From: Candidatus Saccharimonadota bacterium
GTDB lineage: Bacteria > Patescibacteriota > Saccharimonadia > Saccharimonadales > UBA4665
NCBI GenBank assembly: GCA_003516025.1
Contig: CP023991.1
Coordinates: 30,001-62,000 of the forward strand
Direction of reading: 5' to 3'
DNA length: 32,000 nt
In this document: in pieces, positions 1 through 8,849 of the stretch
How the letters are laid out: every line of letters begins with the position of its first letter
Position numbering within the stretch: position 1 is the stretch's first letter
Position numbers and translations under genes: made by a program
Notes under the pieces: generated by a model
What the model saw: the letters and a program-made list of their open reading frames with translations, nothing else
Databases searched by the model: none
Told to the model about the DNA's origin: nothing

Positions 1-2
1 AA

Positions 3-1070
3 GAACGTGCTCTGCAACAAAAATACCGGGCATATAACAACCTCCAGAATGCCAGTGGTGGACGCGTCAAACGGTTTGCTGCCCGCAGGGCAGCGGGGGC
101 GATAGGCGGGTTCAACATTGAATCACAGGTATCTGCCAACAATGCTAAAAACGCCAAGATGATTGACGATCAGACAGCCAACGGGCCCGATAACTTAGTC
201 CGTGCCTACACGGTCAATAAAAGCTACGCTGATAAATTATTGGCTAGTGGCGACTCACGCGCCTCTGACTTCGTCCGTGTCAATAAAGACGCTGCCGGCA
301 ATGAGATTGGTCGTGAATACCGTTCAGTCGGTGGCTCATGGCAAAGCGAAGCCGACGTATTAGCTTCTAACCGCGCCTTTGGCAACAACAACCATGCTGC
401 TTTCCAAAAAGCACTTACCTACGAAATGGGTAAGGCCAACACGCAGGAGGAGCAGGATCACGTTGTCAGTTCTTACGGAGCAGCTGCTGCCCGCTTTGGC
501 ATGACACAGCGCGAAGCAGGAGAGGTCTGGATAGGCTCAGCGTACGCTCAGCAGAACAGCAACCGCCAGTGGAAGCATCACAAGTGGTCAACCGGTTCAG
601 ACGGCATGCTGCACAGTTCTGTTAACGGCCTCGGTATGATGCGCGAAATTGACGAGAAGCAGGGCAACTACCAGATGATGCAGCAGAGTGCCGATACCTG
701 GACTACCATGGGTCAGGAAGTCGTTACCGCCCGGCAGGTTATGGACGGCTCGGTTACTGGTGACCGCGTCAAGGCCGAAGAGACCTTGCAGCGGGCCGCC
801 CGCATCGCGCACGCGACACGTTCCGGCGGTATGTCCCGTTCACCTGTTACCGGCCAGGAAGGTGACGTTACCGGAGCAACGACCGGCGGTGGTGGAGAAG
901 TTGGATCTGGTGCTCCTGGCCGTGTCATGGAAGAGATGAACCGCTTCGTTCAACTTACCGATATGCATGCAGGTAAGTACACTCCGCCGAAAGGCAGCTC
1001 AGCTCCGCCGACAGTTATTCCTGGCGACGTAAGCGAAGGGACTATAAACCGGCGTTCTCCAGATCGGTAA
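3..1070 (+). CDS. hypothetical protein, C-terminal part (ORF runs off the left window edge)
   Basis: The frame of the 159..1070 ORF stays open with no stop back to nt 3 (ERALQQKYRAYNNLQNASGG...), so the Met at 159 is probably internal. The product is hydrophilic and Gly/Gln/Ala-rich, with no motif I recognise. It is co-directional and closely spaced with the PrgI/VirB4 genes. Confidence 0.5.
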   Translation, partial: ERALQQKYRAYNNLQNASGGRVKRFAARRAAGAIGGFNIESQVSANNAKNAKMIDDQTANGPDNLVRAYTVNKSYADKLLASGDSRASDFVRVNKDAAGNEIGREYRSVGGSWQSEADVLASNRAFGNNNHAAFQKALTYEMGKANTQEEQDHVVSSYGAAAARFGMTQREAGEVWIGSAYAQQNSNRQWKHHKWSTGSDGMLHSSVNGLGMMREIDEKQGNYQMMQQSADTWTTMGQEVVTARQVMDGSVTGDRVKAEETLQRAARIAHATRSGGMSRSPVTGQEGDVTGATTGGGGEVGSGAPGRVMEEMNRFVQLTDMHAGKYTPPKGSSAPPTVIPGDVSEGTINRRSPDR

Positions 1071-1090
1071 AAATTCTCACTTACTATTTC

Positions 1091-1119
1091 TTGATAACAT
1101 GGTCTAATAGTTTAGTAAT
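1091..1119 (+). promoter_or_regulatory. candidate sigma70-type promoter (TTGATA-N17-AGTAAT) upstream of the 1132 ORF
   Basis: TTGATA lies at 1091-1096 and AGTAAT at 1114-1119, in the 61-nt spacer after the upstream stop. This is a weak match by eye only. Confidence 0.25.
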
Positions 1120-1131
1120 TTAAGGACTTCT

Positions 1132-1551
1132 ATGGCCTCAGAACGATTTGACACTCCGGTCTACAATGTAATACCCGTGCAACATGAAGATGCCGAAGAT
1201 GGAAAATTCTTTCCATTCCATAACCCTGTTACGGATGCCGAGGGCATTTCCATGATAGTAGGGCTGGTTCCGGCTGCCGATTTGAGCGGTGGTGATCACT
1301 TTAAATATTTGGGCCAGAAAGTTGATCCACCAGTAGAAGTAATGCCTTTACATGGCGTCCGAGGCGATAAAGCGCTCTGGTTTGACTTAAGCACGGTCAA
1401 TGACTCCGCCGCAGCACAGCAGCGCCTTGAAACGGTCCGGCAACTCATGGAAAAGGTGATTAACGTAGGTACGGATCCTCTCGGCTATTTCGAGGCTCGA
1501 TATGAGACAACGAGCGTAACTGAAACACTAGATATCCGCCCGCTGACGTAG
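1132..1551 (+). CDS. hypothetical small acidic protein (139 aa)
   Basis: AAGGA at 1122-1126 sits 5 nt upstream of the ATG. The ORF is clean, with no long competing ORF on the other strand, and has no recognisable motif. It lies inside the T4SS-like operon. Confidence 0.55.
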   Translation: MASERFDTPVYNVIPVQHEDAEDGKFFPFHNPVTDAEGISMIVGLVPAADLSGGDHFKYLGQKVDPPVEVMPLHGVRGDKALWFDLSTVNDSAAAQQRLETVRQLMEKVINVGTDPLGYFEARYETTSVTETLDIRPLT

Positions 1552-1568
1552 TCCGTAACGAAATATTT

Positions 1569-1577
1569 TGCTATACT
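1569..1577 (+). promoter_or_regulatory. candidate extended -10 element (TGcTATACT) 8 nt upstream of the PrgI-like ATG
   Basis: TG is at 1569-1570 and TATACT at 1572-1577, with the ATG at 1586 and no Shine-Dalgarno between them. This geometry would give a leaderless or near-leaderless mRNA. Confidence 0.3.
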
Positions 1578-1585
1578 AAGCATAA

Positions 1586-2743
1586 ATGGCGACGTACAAA
1601 GTTCTCCAGGATATTGAGGCAGAAGACAAGCTGGTGGGCCCGCTGACGCTCCGGCAGTGTATTTATGCTGCCATTGCTATCGTATCCATCTATTTTTCAT
1701 ACTTGGTTATATCCAAAGGCGCAGCCTTTTTGGCAGTCGTATTTCTACCGTTTATTGGTTTTGGCATTTTCTTTGCTTTCCCATGGAACAAGCAGCAGTC
1801 GACCGAAGTTTGGGCACTGGCAAAAGTCCGGTTCGCCCTTAAGCCGCGTAAGCGTATTTGGGATCAGAGCGGTATTAAACAGCTGGTTGCGATTACGGCT
1901 CCGAAGCAGGTTGAGGACCCACGCAAGAATAGCCACATGTCCGAAGTGGAAGTCCGCAACCGCCTGGCGGCCCTGGCGGCTACCGTTGACAGCCGTGGTT
2001 GGGCAGTTAAAAACGTGCCGGGCAATCTATACGCCCAGCAGGGCGGGGTACGGTCTGACCGCCTGATGGAAGGGAGCACGACGTCAGGACCGCAGGTAAT
2101 TGATTACAAGTCGAGCTCGTCAGACGATATGTTCGACCTCGAGCATAATCCATTGGCGCAGCAATTTGATGCCAAGATAAGCGCGGCAACTCAAGCGTAC
2201 CGACAGCAGCTGGTGAACCAGATGAACGCGCCGGAGCAAGCGCAGCCGGCGGTTTCCGATCAAAGCTACTGGTATGCCAGCCAACCTATGCCGGCAGTAT
2301 CAGCGACGTTCGCCCAAGCCCCCATGGCAGCCATGCCAACCCCCGAGGAAGAGGCTTTAGCCCAGGATATCAAACGCCGCCAAGAAATCATGAACGAGGC
2401 CGCCTACGGTAATATTAGCGACCGGATGAAGGTCGTCCTGCCACTATCGCAACAGCCGGTTGTTCAACCAGTACCATTACAGGCGCCGGTCGCGGCAGCT
2501 CCCGCTCCTGATACGACTTCCCAATTGGCAACCCAGATATTAACCGGTCAATCAGCTATGCCAATGCCGCCAATCACTGCGCCAATTCAGCCTGCCGTTC
2601 CAGTGACACCGGTACCAAACCCTGCTATACTTGAACTTGCTAACAACAACGACTTAGATGTGGCAACGATTGCGCGAGTGGCGCACGAAAGTGATCCGAA
2701 CCAGTCAAATGGCTCCAACGAGGTCGTCGTATCACTACATTAA
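1586..2743 (+). CDS. PrgI-family (VirB3-like) T4SS membrane protein with a long Pro/Gln/Ala-rich C-terminal extension
   Basis: The N-terminus YKVLQDIEAEDKLVGPLTLRQCIYAAIAIVSIYFSYLV...FLAVVFLPFIGFGIFFAF is the characteristic PrgI-family opening followed by two TM helices. It lies directly upstream of VirB4, as in Gram-positive T4SS. About 270 extra residues are low-complexity P/Q/A. Confidence 0.75.
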   Translation: MATYKVLQDIEAEDKLVGPLTLRQCIYAAIAIVSIYFSYLVISKGAAFLAVVFLPFIGFGIFFAFPWNKQQSTEVWALAKVRFALKPRKRIWDQSGIKQLVAITAPKQVEDPRKNSHMSEVEVRNRLAALAATVDSRGWAVKNVPGNLYAQQGGVRSDRLMEGSTTSGPQVIDYKSSSSDDMFDLEHNPLAQQFDAKISAATQAYRQQLVNQMNAPEQAQPAVSDQSYWYASQPMPAVSATFAQAPMAAMPTPEEEALAQDIKRRQEIMNEAAYGNISDRMKVVLPLSQQPVVQPVPLQAPVAAAPAPDTTSQLATQILTGQSAMPMPPITAPIQPAVPVTPVPNPAILELANNNDLDVATIARVAHESDPNQSNGSNEVVVSLH

Positions 2744-2790
2744 GGTGTAGTTGCAAACATAAAGCTATGGTGGGATAGTTTCACATTTTT

Positions 2791-3705
2791 ATGAATCCGC
2801 AAATGCCAAATCCACAAGGTCAAGTTCCCAACATGGGACAAGCCCCACAAGGCGGCACTGTACCTTCAGCAGCTCCCGCTGCGATGCCGTTGCCACCGCA
2901 GCCAGCCGCACCGATCCAGGCACCAGTCGGACAGGCAGTCGTCCAGACGGCGCCTCAAACCCGGCCGGCACCACCATCAAACCCAAACAGTACTCAAAAC
3001 ACGCTGCAAATCGCAGAAATCCGTGATGGCATCGTTATTATGAGCGACGGCAGCTTTCGTTCAGTAGTCATGGTAAAAAGTATTAACTTTGACCTTATGA
3101 GCCAGGGCGAACAGGAGGCGGTCGAGTATAGTTACCAAAGCTTCTTAAACTCGCTCTATTTCCCGGTACAGATTTTTATACGCTCCTCCAAGATCGATCT
3201 GCAGCCATATATCGAAAAGCTCGATAAAATACGTACCGAACACGATAATATGCTGCTCGCGCTCCTGATGGACGACTACATTGGCTATATTGACGCTCTA
3301 AGCCAGCAGACTAACATTATGGACAAGAAGTTTTATATAGTCATTCCTTATTTCCCGCATGTTGATACGCAAAAAGCTTTAACACAGAGCAAGAACTTTT
3401 TTAGCGGCTTAGGCGCGCTGCTGAACACCAAGGAACACCAGGTAATCGTCAATGAAGCCGACCTTGAAAAGGCCAAGAGCGAGCTTCGTAACCGCGTACA
3501 AGCGACATTATCGGGATTACTACAGTGCGGTGTCCAGGGACTGCCACTCGATACTCAGGAATTGATTGAGCTCTACTACGACACCTACAACCCCGATACG
3601 GCCGTTCGCCAGCCACTACATGACTTCAATTCACTCAATGGCGATGTAATCACTAAGGGCCAGGGCGCAGCAAATCAGCCGCACCTGGAAAGGGAACTAC
3701 AATAA
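2791..3705 (+). CDS. T4SS accessory protein: P/Q-rich N-terminus plus a domain resembling a VirB4 N-terminal module
   Basis: Residues ~75-200 (IAEIRDGIVIMSDGSFRSVVMVKSINFDLMSQGEQEAVEYSYQSFLNSLYFPVQIFIRSSKIDLQPYIEKL...KKFYIVIPYF) follow the pattern I associate with the N-terminal region of long Gram-positive VirB4/TrsE-type ATPases. Its stop overlaps the VirB4 ATG (TAATG at 3703-3707). Confidence 0.5.
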   Translation: MNPQMPNPQGQVPNMGQAPQGGTVPSAAPAAMPLPPQPAAPIQAPVGQAVVQTAPQTRPAPPSNPNSTQNTLQIAEIRDGIVIMSDGSFRSVVMVKSINFDLMSQGEQEAVEYSYQSFLNSLYFPVQIFIRSSKIDLQPYIEKLDKIRTEHDNMLLALLMDDYIGYIDALSQQTNIMDKKFYIVIPYFPHVDTQKALTQSKNFFSGLGALLNTKEHQVIVNEADLEKAKSELRNRVQATLSGLLQCGVQGLPLDTQELIELYYDTYNPDTAVRQPLHDFNSLNGDVITKGQGAANQPHLERELQ

Positions 3706-5627
3706 TGGCACGTAATAAAAAAGGCGCACAAATTGATCCTGTAGCACTCGCGGAACAGCAGCGAGCCCGTGAACAGCAAGAAGTTAACGTCGCGTTCCAG
3801 CGCGGTTTGACGGCGCTGCGTGACTTTATCGCGCCTAGTTCAATCGAATTTTCAGCCGGCTATTTCCAGCTTGGCACCCGCTATGCTCGGACATTCTTTG
3901 TCTACGGTTACCCGCGGCAGCTGTTTACCGGCTGGATGAGCAGCATGATCAACCTCGACGAAGTTATCGACCTGTCGATGTATATATATCCGGTGGAAAG
4001 CCAGGTGGTACTGGAAAACCTTCGTAAAAAAGTGACGCAGCTGGAAGCTGGTATTCAGATTGACAACGAAAAGGGCCGCATTCGTGATCCAGGTAAACAA
4101 GCGGCCATCCAGGACGCCGAAGAGATGCGCGATAAGTTACAAGTCGGTGAAGAGCGCTTTTTCCGATTCGGCCTGTATTTCACCGTTTACGCGTCAGCGA
4201 TGGACGAACTGGAGTTTATTGCTCATAAAGTCGAAGCCCTGCTTGGCCAGCAGTTAGTCTATTCTAAGGCCGCTACCAGCCAGCAGGAACAGGGACTTAA
4301 CAGCACTGTGCCGCAATTTACCGACCAGTTACAAATTCGCCGCAATATTTCCACCGGCGCCCTCAGCACCAGTTTTCCGTTTACCAGCGCTAACCTCAGC
4401 CAGGAAAATGGCATTTTGTACGGCGTAAACATGCACAACTCCGGACTGGTTATTTTTGACCGCTTCAGCCTGGAAAACGGCAACTCGGTAGTATTCGCCA
4501 AGTCCGGTGCCGGTAAATCGTTCACCGTTAAGCTTGAGGCGCTGCGCAGCCTGATGTTCGGTACTGAAATATTTATTATTGACCCGGAAAATGAATACGA
4601 GCGGATGTGTGACGCCGTTGGCGGGGCCTACGTGCGTTTAAGCCTCGGGAGTAGCACGCGAATTAATCCGTTTGACCTGCCACAGGTAATCGATACCGAC
4701 GAGGCCGACAACGCGCTGCGCTCCAACTTGATTACACTTCACGGGTTGCTTCGTCTCATGATGGGCGGCGCTCAGGCCCAGATGATGGGCGGCAATACCA
4801 CGATGATGCCGGCGCTCAGTCCGGTCGAGGAATCTGACCTGGATAGCGCCCTCATTGAAACCTACGCCAAAGCCGGCATCACTAACGATCCACTGACACA
4901 CACCGGCACGCCGCCGACAATCAATGACCTGTATGACACTTTGCTGCATATGGGCGGCACCGGCCCGCAGTTAGCCCAACGCCTGCGCAAGTATACTACC
5001 GGTACCTTTGCCGGCATCTTCAGCCAGCAGTCCAACGTCAATATCAATAACCCGCTGGTAGTATTCAATATCCGCGACCTGGAAGATGAACTCCGCCCAG
5101 TCGCCATGTACATTGTGCTCAATTACATCTGGAACAAGACTAAAAGCGATCAAAAGAAGCGCATTCTAATCGTTGACGAGGCCTGGCAGTTAATGAAATA
5201 CGAAGACTCGGCCAACTTCCTGTTCAGCCTCGCTAAGCGGGCCCGTAAATATAACCTGGGCATTACGACCATTACCCAGGATGTGGAAGACTTTATGGGT
5301 TCCCGCATGGGTCGCGCAATTGTGGCTAACGCCTCGATGCAGTTCCTGCTGAAACAATCGAGCAGCGCCGTGGATATCCTGGCGGACGTCTTCAAACTTA
5401 CCGGGGAAGAGAAGAAGCGCCTGAGCCAGTTCCCGGTTGGCCAGGGATTATTCTTTGCGGGCCAGAACCATGTACACCTCCAGGTGGTCGCCAGCCCGAC
5501 AGAGACCGGTTTGATTACGACTAACCCGCAGCAGGTGCAGCAAATGGCTACTCAGCAGCAGGGTGGAGATTTCGATCAGCCGCAAGGTACAATTGACCTA
5601 TCAAACCGCTTGTATCCAGGTGTATAA
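3705..5627 (+). CDS. virB4: VirB4/TrsE/PrgJ-type T4SS ATPase (DUF87/AAA-like)
   Basis: Walker A KSGAGKS is at nt 4500-4520 and Walker B ILIVDEAW has its DE at nt 5175-5180. The N-terminal region has the pattern YARTFFVYGYPRQLFTGWMSSMINLDEVIDLSMYIYP typical of Gram-positive VirB4. At 640 aa it is comparable to the short Gram-positive VirB4 forms. Confidence 0.9.
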   Translation: MARNKKGAQIDPVALAEQQRAREQQEVNVAFQRGLTALRDFIAPSSIEFSAGYFQLGTRYARTFFVYGYPRQLFTGWMSSMINLDEVIDLSMYIYPVESQVVLENLRKKVTQLEAGIQIDNEKGRIRDPGKQAAIQDAEEMRDKLQVGEERFFRFGLYFTVYASAMDELEFIAHKVEALLGQQLVYSKAATSQQEQGLNSTVPQFTDQLQIRRNISTGALSTSFPFTSANLSQENGILYGVNMHNSGLVIFDRFSLENGNSVVFAKSGAGKSFTVKLEALRSLMFGTEIFIIDPENEYERMCDAVGGAYVRLSLGSSTRINPFDLPQVIDTDEADNALRSNLITLHGLLRLMMGGAQAQMMGGNTTMMPALSPVEESDLDSALIETYAKAGITNDPLTHTGTPPTINDLYDTLLHMGGTGPQLAQRLRKYTTGTFAGIFSQQSNVNINNPLVVFNIRDLEDELRPVAMYIVLNYIWNKTKSDQKKRILIVDEAWQLMKYEDSANFLFSLAKRARKYNLGITTITQDVEDFMGSRMGRAIVANASMQFLLKQSSSAVDILADVFKLTGEEKKRLSQFPVGQGLFFAGQNHVHLQVVASPTETGLITTNPQQVQQMATQQQGGDFDQPQGTIDLSNRLYPGV

Positions 5628-5675
5628 TATTTAACAGACATTAGAGACTGTCTGTAACGTTTTAGGTGAATACTC

Positions 5676-8600
5676 GTGCCGACATATGATGATCAAAAAT
5701 CAGACACTGACAAAAAATTCGACGATTTAGTCGGACGTAACTTCAAGCCAGGTGAAGCCGACCAGATTGAGGCTGGCGCGCGTGACGCCGAACAGCAACG
5801 GGTTGATAACGAATTTAATAACATCGTTGGCGGTGAAAGTAGCGGCGCGGATTCCAGTAAGTCAGACGGTAACACCCAAGCTGCGGATAAGAGCGAACTC
5901 CGGGGTAAAGAAACGGATGGCGCTCAAGATGGTAAACAATCTGGAGACGCCTCTCAGCCATCGTCCGACGATCAGGATGACGGCGCAAAAAAAACCGGCT
6001 TCCGTGGTTGGAGCCGGCGCAAAAAAGTCGGCGTGGGACTAACCTCTATACTGTTAGGCGGCGGCGCTACCGGTTTTGGTTTTCTCATGTTATTGTCGCC
6101 GATAGCTAAAGTGGAAACTGTTATGAACAGTATCGATTCGTTTTATGGTGCCGCTAATGAGAGCGCCATTGATACGGCCACTCAAAACGCCCTTAATGGT
6201 TACCTGGTTAAAAAAGTCTTTCCAAACCTCGGCCGAGGTAACTGCCACACGACCAGAGACGCCGCCTGTACGGCAACCGCCTCAGACGCCTCCAATCCAA
6301 TTGGCGCTTTATATAACGCCTGGAAAGAGGATCGTATCGAGCAAAAACTGGCCAACAATTACGGCCTCGTTTTCGGTCGGAAGGGCGGCGGTAACGGGAC
6401 ACTATACATTAACGTCAACGGCAGGGATATCGACCTTAAAAATGGTGGCAATATTTGGGACAGCGCGGATACAAAAGCGTCCACTAAAAACGAAATCCGT
6501 AACGCCATTAAGACCAACTTCAAGGAAGCGTCGTTGTATGACAGGTACTACACCCGTTATAAGGTTGGTAAGTTAGTCGAGCAAAAGTACGGCGTTAAAC
6601 GCTGTACTTTTAAGTGCGACCTGCGTGACAACTTTAGCGACAACGTAGACACCAAGAAAAAGGCTGCTAAGGCACTGCTGATTCGAAGGGTCATCGGTCC
6701 GTTCAGCGAGAATACCGCGCTTGCGCTGACGTGCGTAATGGATGGAAGTTGTAACTTGGAACCTGATAATTCTCACGACATTACTGATGACAACCAGGTT
6801 GAACGGCGCAGTGATTTTAGCAGTAAAGTGCAGAGCCAGGTCAATAAATTCGCCCTGGAGTATGGCAGTGATAAGCTTGCCGACCTGTCGAAACAAGTTG
6901 ACGCCATGGGCGACGACGGCGTTATGAAGTACGCCATGCGAGCCACCCTCAGTAAGGTTTTAGGTAAAGAAATCAGTGGCGAAGCGATCGATAAAGTCGC
7001 TACGCCCATTGGCTGGATAAACTTCGCAGCCCAAATTATCAACTTCGTGGATACCGCCGGTCCAAAGATGCAAAAAATATCATTTGCGCTGTCGACAACC
7101 ATGGCAGTGCAGACGTATATGATGTACGTAACCGCGGGCAACGAGGCCCGAGCCGGGCAAACCGACATGACACAGTTCGGGAGTCTCAGCGATTCACTCA
7201 CCACGGCATCGGTCGACGATGAAGGCGATAGCTCAGATATGACGGCAACACCGATGTATCAGGAGATTATAAACCGGGGTACCACTAGCACGGATAGCAG
7301 TGTGGCATCGCTATTCAACCCACAGGCATACGCCGCTACTAGCACTAAATACACCTGTAACGACAATAAAGAGCTGCCAGCGGGCCAAAAAGTCTGCCCG
7401 GAGGAGGTCGTTAATGGTGGTAATAGCTACGCCACCGCCTTAACCGAGGGCGCGCAGACGATTCCCGGCTGGGGAGCACTGAGCAACGTCGCTCATGTGT
7501 GGACGAGTATTGTCGGTAAAGCTTTCGGTGCGATTGGCGATGTCGCAGGCGCCGCGTTATCACTCCTTCCAGGTTGGGATAACCTTATGAATACGGTCGC
7601 CGGGTGGGTCACGCCTCTATTTACCTGGGTAGCTAAATCAGTAATCCCGAATTTACTTGGCTCTCTGACTGGCGGCCGGTTGGTTGACGTGCTAATGATC
7701 GGCGCCAATACTACGTATAACGTGAGCGCGGGCACGCAGCTCGGTGCTGGCCGCGTGTCGGACGAAGACATAGCGCAGGTGCGAACCGCTTATCTCGACC
7801 AGCAGGAACAGGAGTTCCAGAGTAAAAGCCTGTATGCCAGAATATTTGATACTGAATCACCCCACTCATTAGTAACCCAGATGGCGGCAGCAATGCCGAC
7901 CACCAATAACTTCGCCTCCTCGTTCGGGAAGCTCGCCAGCAACCCATTCGGCCACCTGAGTACGGCAATATTCAGCGCCTTTACACCAAGCCGGGCATTC
8001 GCCGCAGTTTCAGCTCAGCCGGATCCGTTCGGAGTGCCCCAGTTGGCCGTACTGCCGCAAGACATTCCCGAGAATGTTGATGACACCTGGTGGAACCAGA
8101 ACTGCCCGGCAGATTACGTACAAAAATTCCTGGACAGCCAGACTGAAGACCCGACTACCGGCATGATGGTCGCCAGCGAGACCGACCCATGCTTTATCTA
8201 TAAAACGGTCAGCCAGGTTGCCGGTGGAAAATCTGATCCAAAGTTGCTGCCCAAGGACACGACGAGCACAACACAGACAGACGCAGCTGCCGGATCAGGC
8301 GACCTAAGCCTCGTGAGCGGTGACACCATGAGCCTCGCCAAACAAATCATGGATAAAGCTAACGATCCGAACGGCAGCATTAAATTCCAGACACCGGCCA
8401 ATAAGTCAGCCTTTCAGCGCGTCGTAGATACAGGTCATGCCGCAAACTGTGGTGGACCGGCTATCTCATCGAAGCTTCTAGGCGTAATCCTCACACTGTC
8501 TAAGAGTTACAAGCTTGTACTTGGCGTGTTTGTAGACGGACATGATTGTGATAGCGGCAATCATCCGAAAGGTGCGGCGGTTGATATCAATGGCGTCAAC

Positions 8601-8849
8601 CCACTGAACGGGGGCAGCGGCGGTACAGGTAATCAGTTGCATTTCGAATCTGCGTCCATGCCTATCATCCGAGAGTTTTACCAAAGGGCGGGTGAAGTAC
8701 TGGCCGCCAGTGGAGGCGGCGGACTTGGCCAGTACGGCACGTATGACGGCCGCCAATGTTTTGCCGGAACCTTGCCACCAAAAGTGCAAGGTGTAGCCTA
8801 CTTCCCGGACAGTTGTACACACTTACACATGGACACCAGAGGAAAATAA
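5676..8849 (+). CDS. large membrane protein with a C-terminal LAS-superfamily (M15A / YcbK-MepK-like) zinc peptidase domain
   Basis: GTG start with AGGTGA at 5664-5669. The first ~115 aa are acidic and disordered, followed by a strong TM helix at aa ~118-143 (nt 6027-6104). At the C-terminus, NHPKGAAVDI gives H-x6-D (His 8562-8564, Asp 8583-8585). GGGGLGQY and THLHMDTRG (HLH at 8818-8826) follow in the same order and spacing as E. coli MepK (LHMQGKAMDF ... GGVGYY ... FVHIDTG). Confidence 0.7.
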   Translation: MPTYDDQKSDTDKKFDDLVGRNFKPGEADQIEAGARDAEQQRVDNEFNNIVGGESSGADSSKSDGNTQAADKSELRGKETDGAQDGKQSGDASQPSSDDQDDGAKKTGFRGWSRRKKVGVGLTSILLGGGATGFGFLMLLSPIAKVETVMNSIDSFYGAANESAIDTATQNALNGYLVKKVFPNLGRGNCHTTRDAACTATASDASNPIGALYNAWKEDRIEQKLANNYGLVFGRKGGGNGTLYINVNGRDIDLKNGGNIWDSADTKASTKNEIRNAIKTNFKEASLYDRYYTRYKVGKLVEQKYGVKRCTFKCDLRDNFSDNVDTKKKAAKALLIRRVIGPFSENTALALTCVMDGSCNLEPDNSHDITDDNQVERRSDFSSKVQSQVNKFALEYGSDKLADLSKQVDAMGDDGVMKYAMRATLSKVLGKEISGEAIDKVATPIGWINFAAQIINFVDTAGPKMQKISFALSTTMAVQTYMMYVTAGNEARAGQTDMTQFGSLSDSLTTASVDDEGDSSDMTATPMYQEIINRGTTSTDSSVASLFNPQAYAATSTKYTCNDNKELPAGQKVCPEEVVNGGNSYATALTEGAQTIPGWGALSNVAHVWTSIVGKAFGAIGDVAGAALSLLPGWDNLMNTVAGWVTPLFTWVAKSVIPNLLGSLTGGRLVDVLMIGANTTYNVSAGTQLGAGRVSDEDIAQVRTAYLDQQEQEFQSKSLYARIFDTESPHSLVTQMAAAMPTTNNFASSFGKLASNPFGHLSTAIFSAFTPSRAFAAVSAQPDPFGVPQLAVLPQDIPENVDDTWWNQNCPADYVQKFLDSQTEDPTTGMMVASETDPCFIYKTVSQVAGGKSDPKLLPKDTTSTTQTDAAAGSGDLSLVSGDTMSLAKQIMDKANDPNGSIKFQTPANKSAFQRVVDTGHAANCGGPAISSKLLGVILTLSKSYKLVLGVFVDGHDCDSGNHPKGAAVDINGVNPLNGGSGGTGNQLHFESASMPIIREFYQRAGEVLAASGGGGLGQYGTYDGRQCFAGTLPPKVQGVAYFPDSCTHLHMDTRGK

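Noticed and set aside
5634-5655. Inverted repeat ACAGAC...GTCTGT after virB4 as an intrinsic terminator
   Set aside because: The stem is only 6 bp with a 10-nt loop, and the following T-run (cgTTTTa) is short and offset. The next gene starts 20 nt later in what looks like the same operon.
8756-8848. N-terminal extension of the hydrolase ORF (track start at 8756, MFCRNLATKS...)
   Set aside because: It lies entirely inside the upstream 1057-aa gene. The in-frame ATG at 8849 gives a canonical signal peptide and a TAATG stop/start overlap, so 8849 is the better start.
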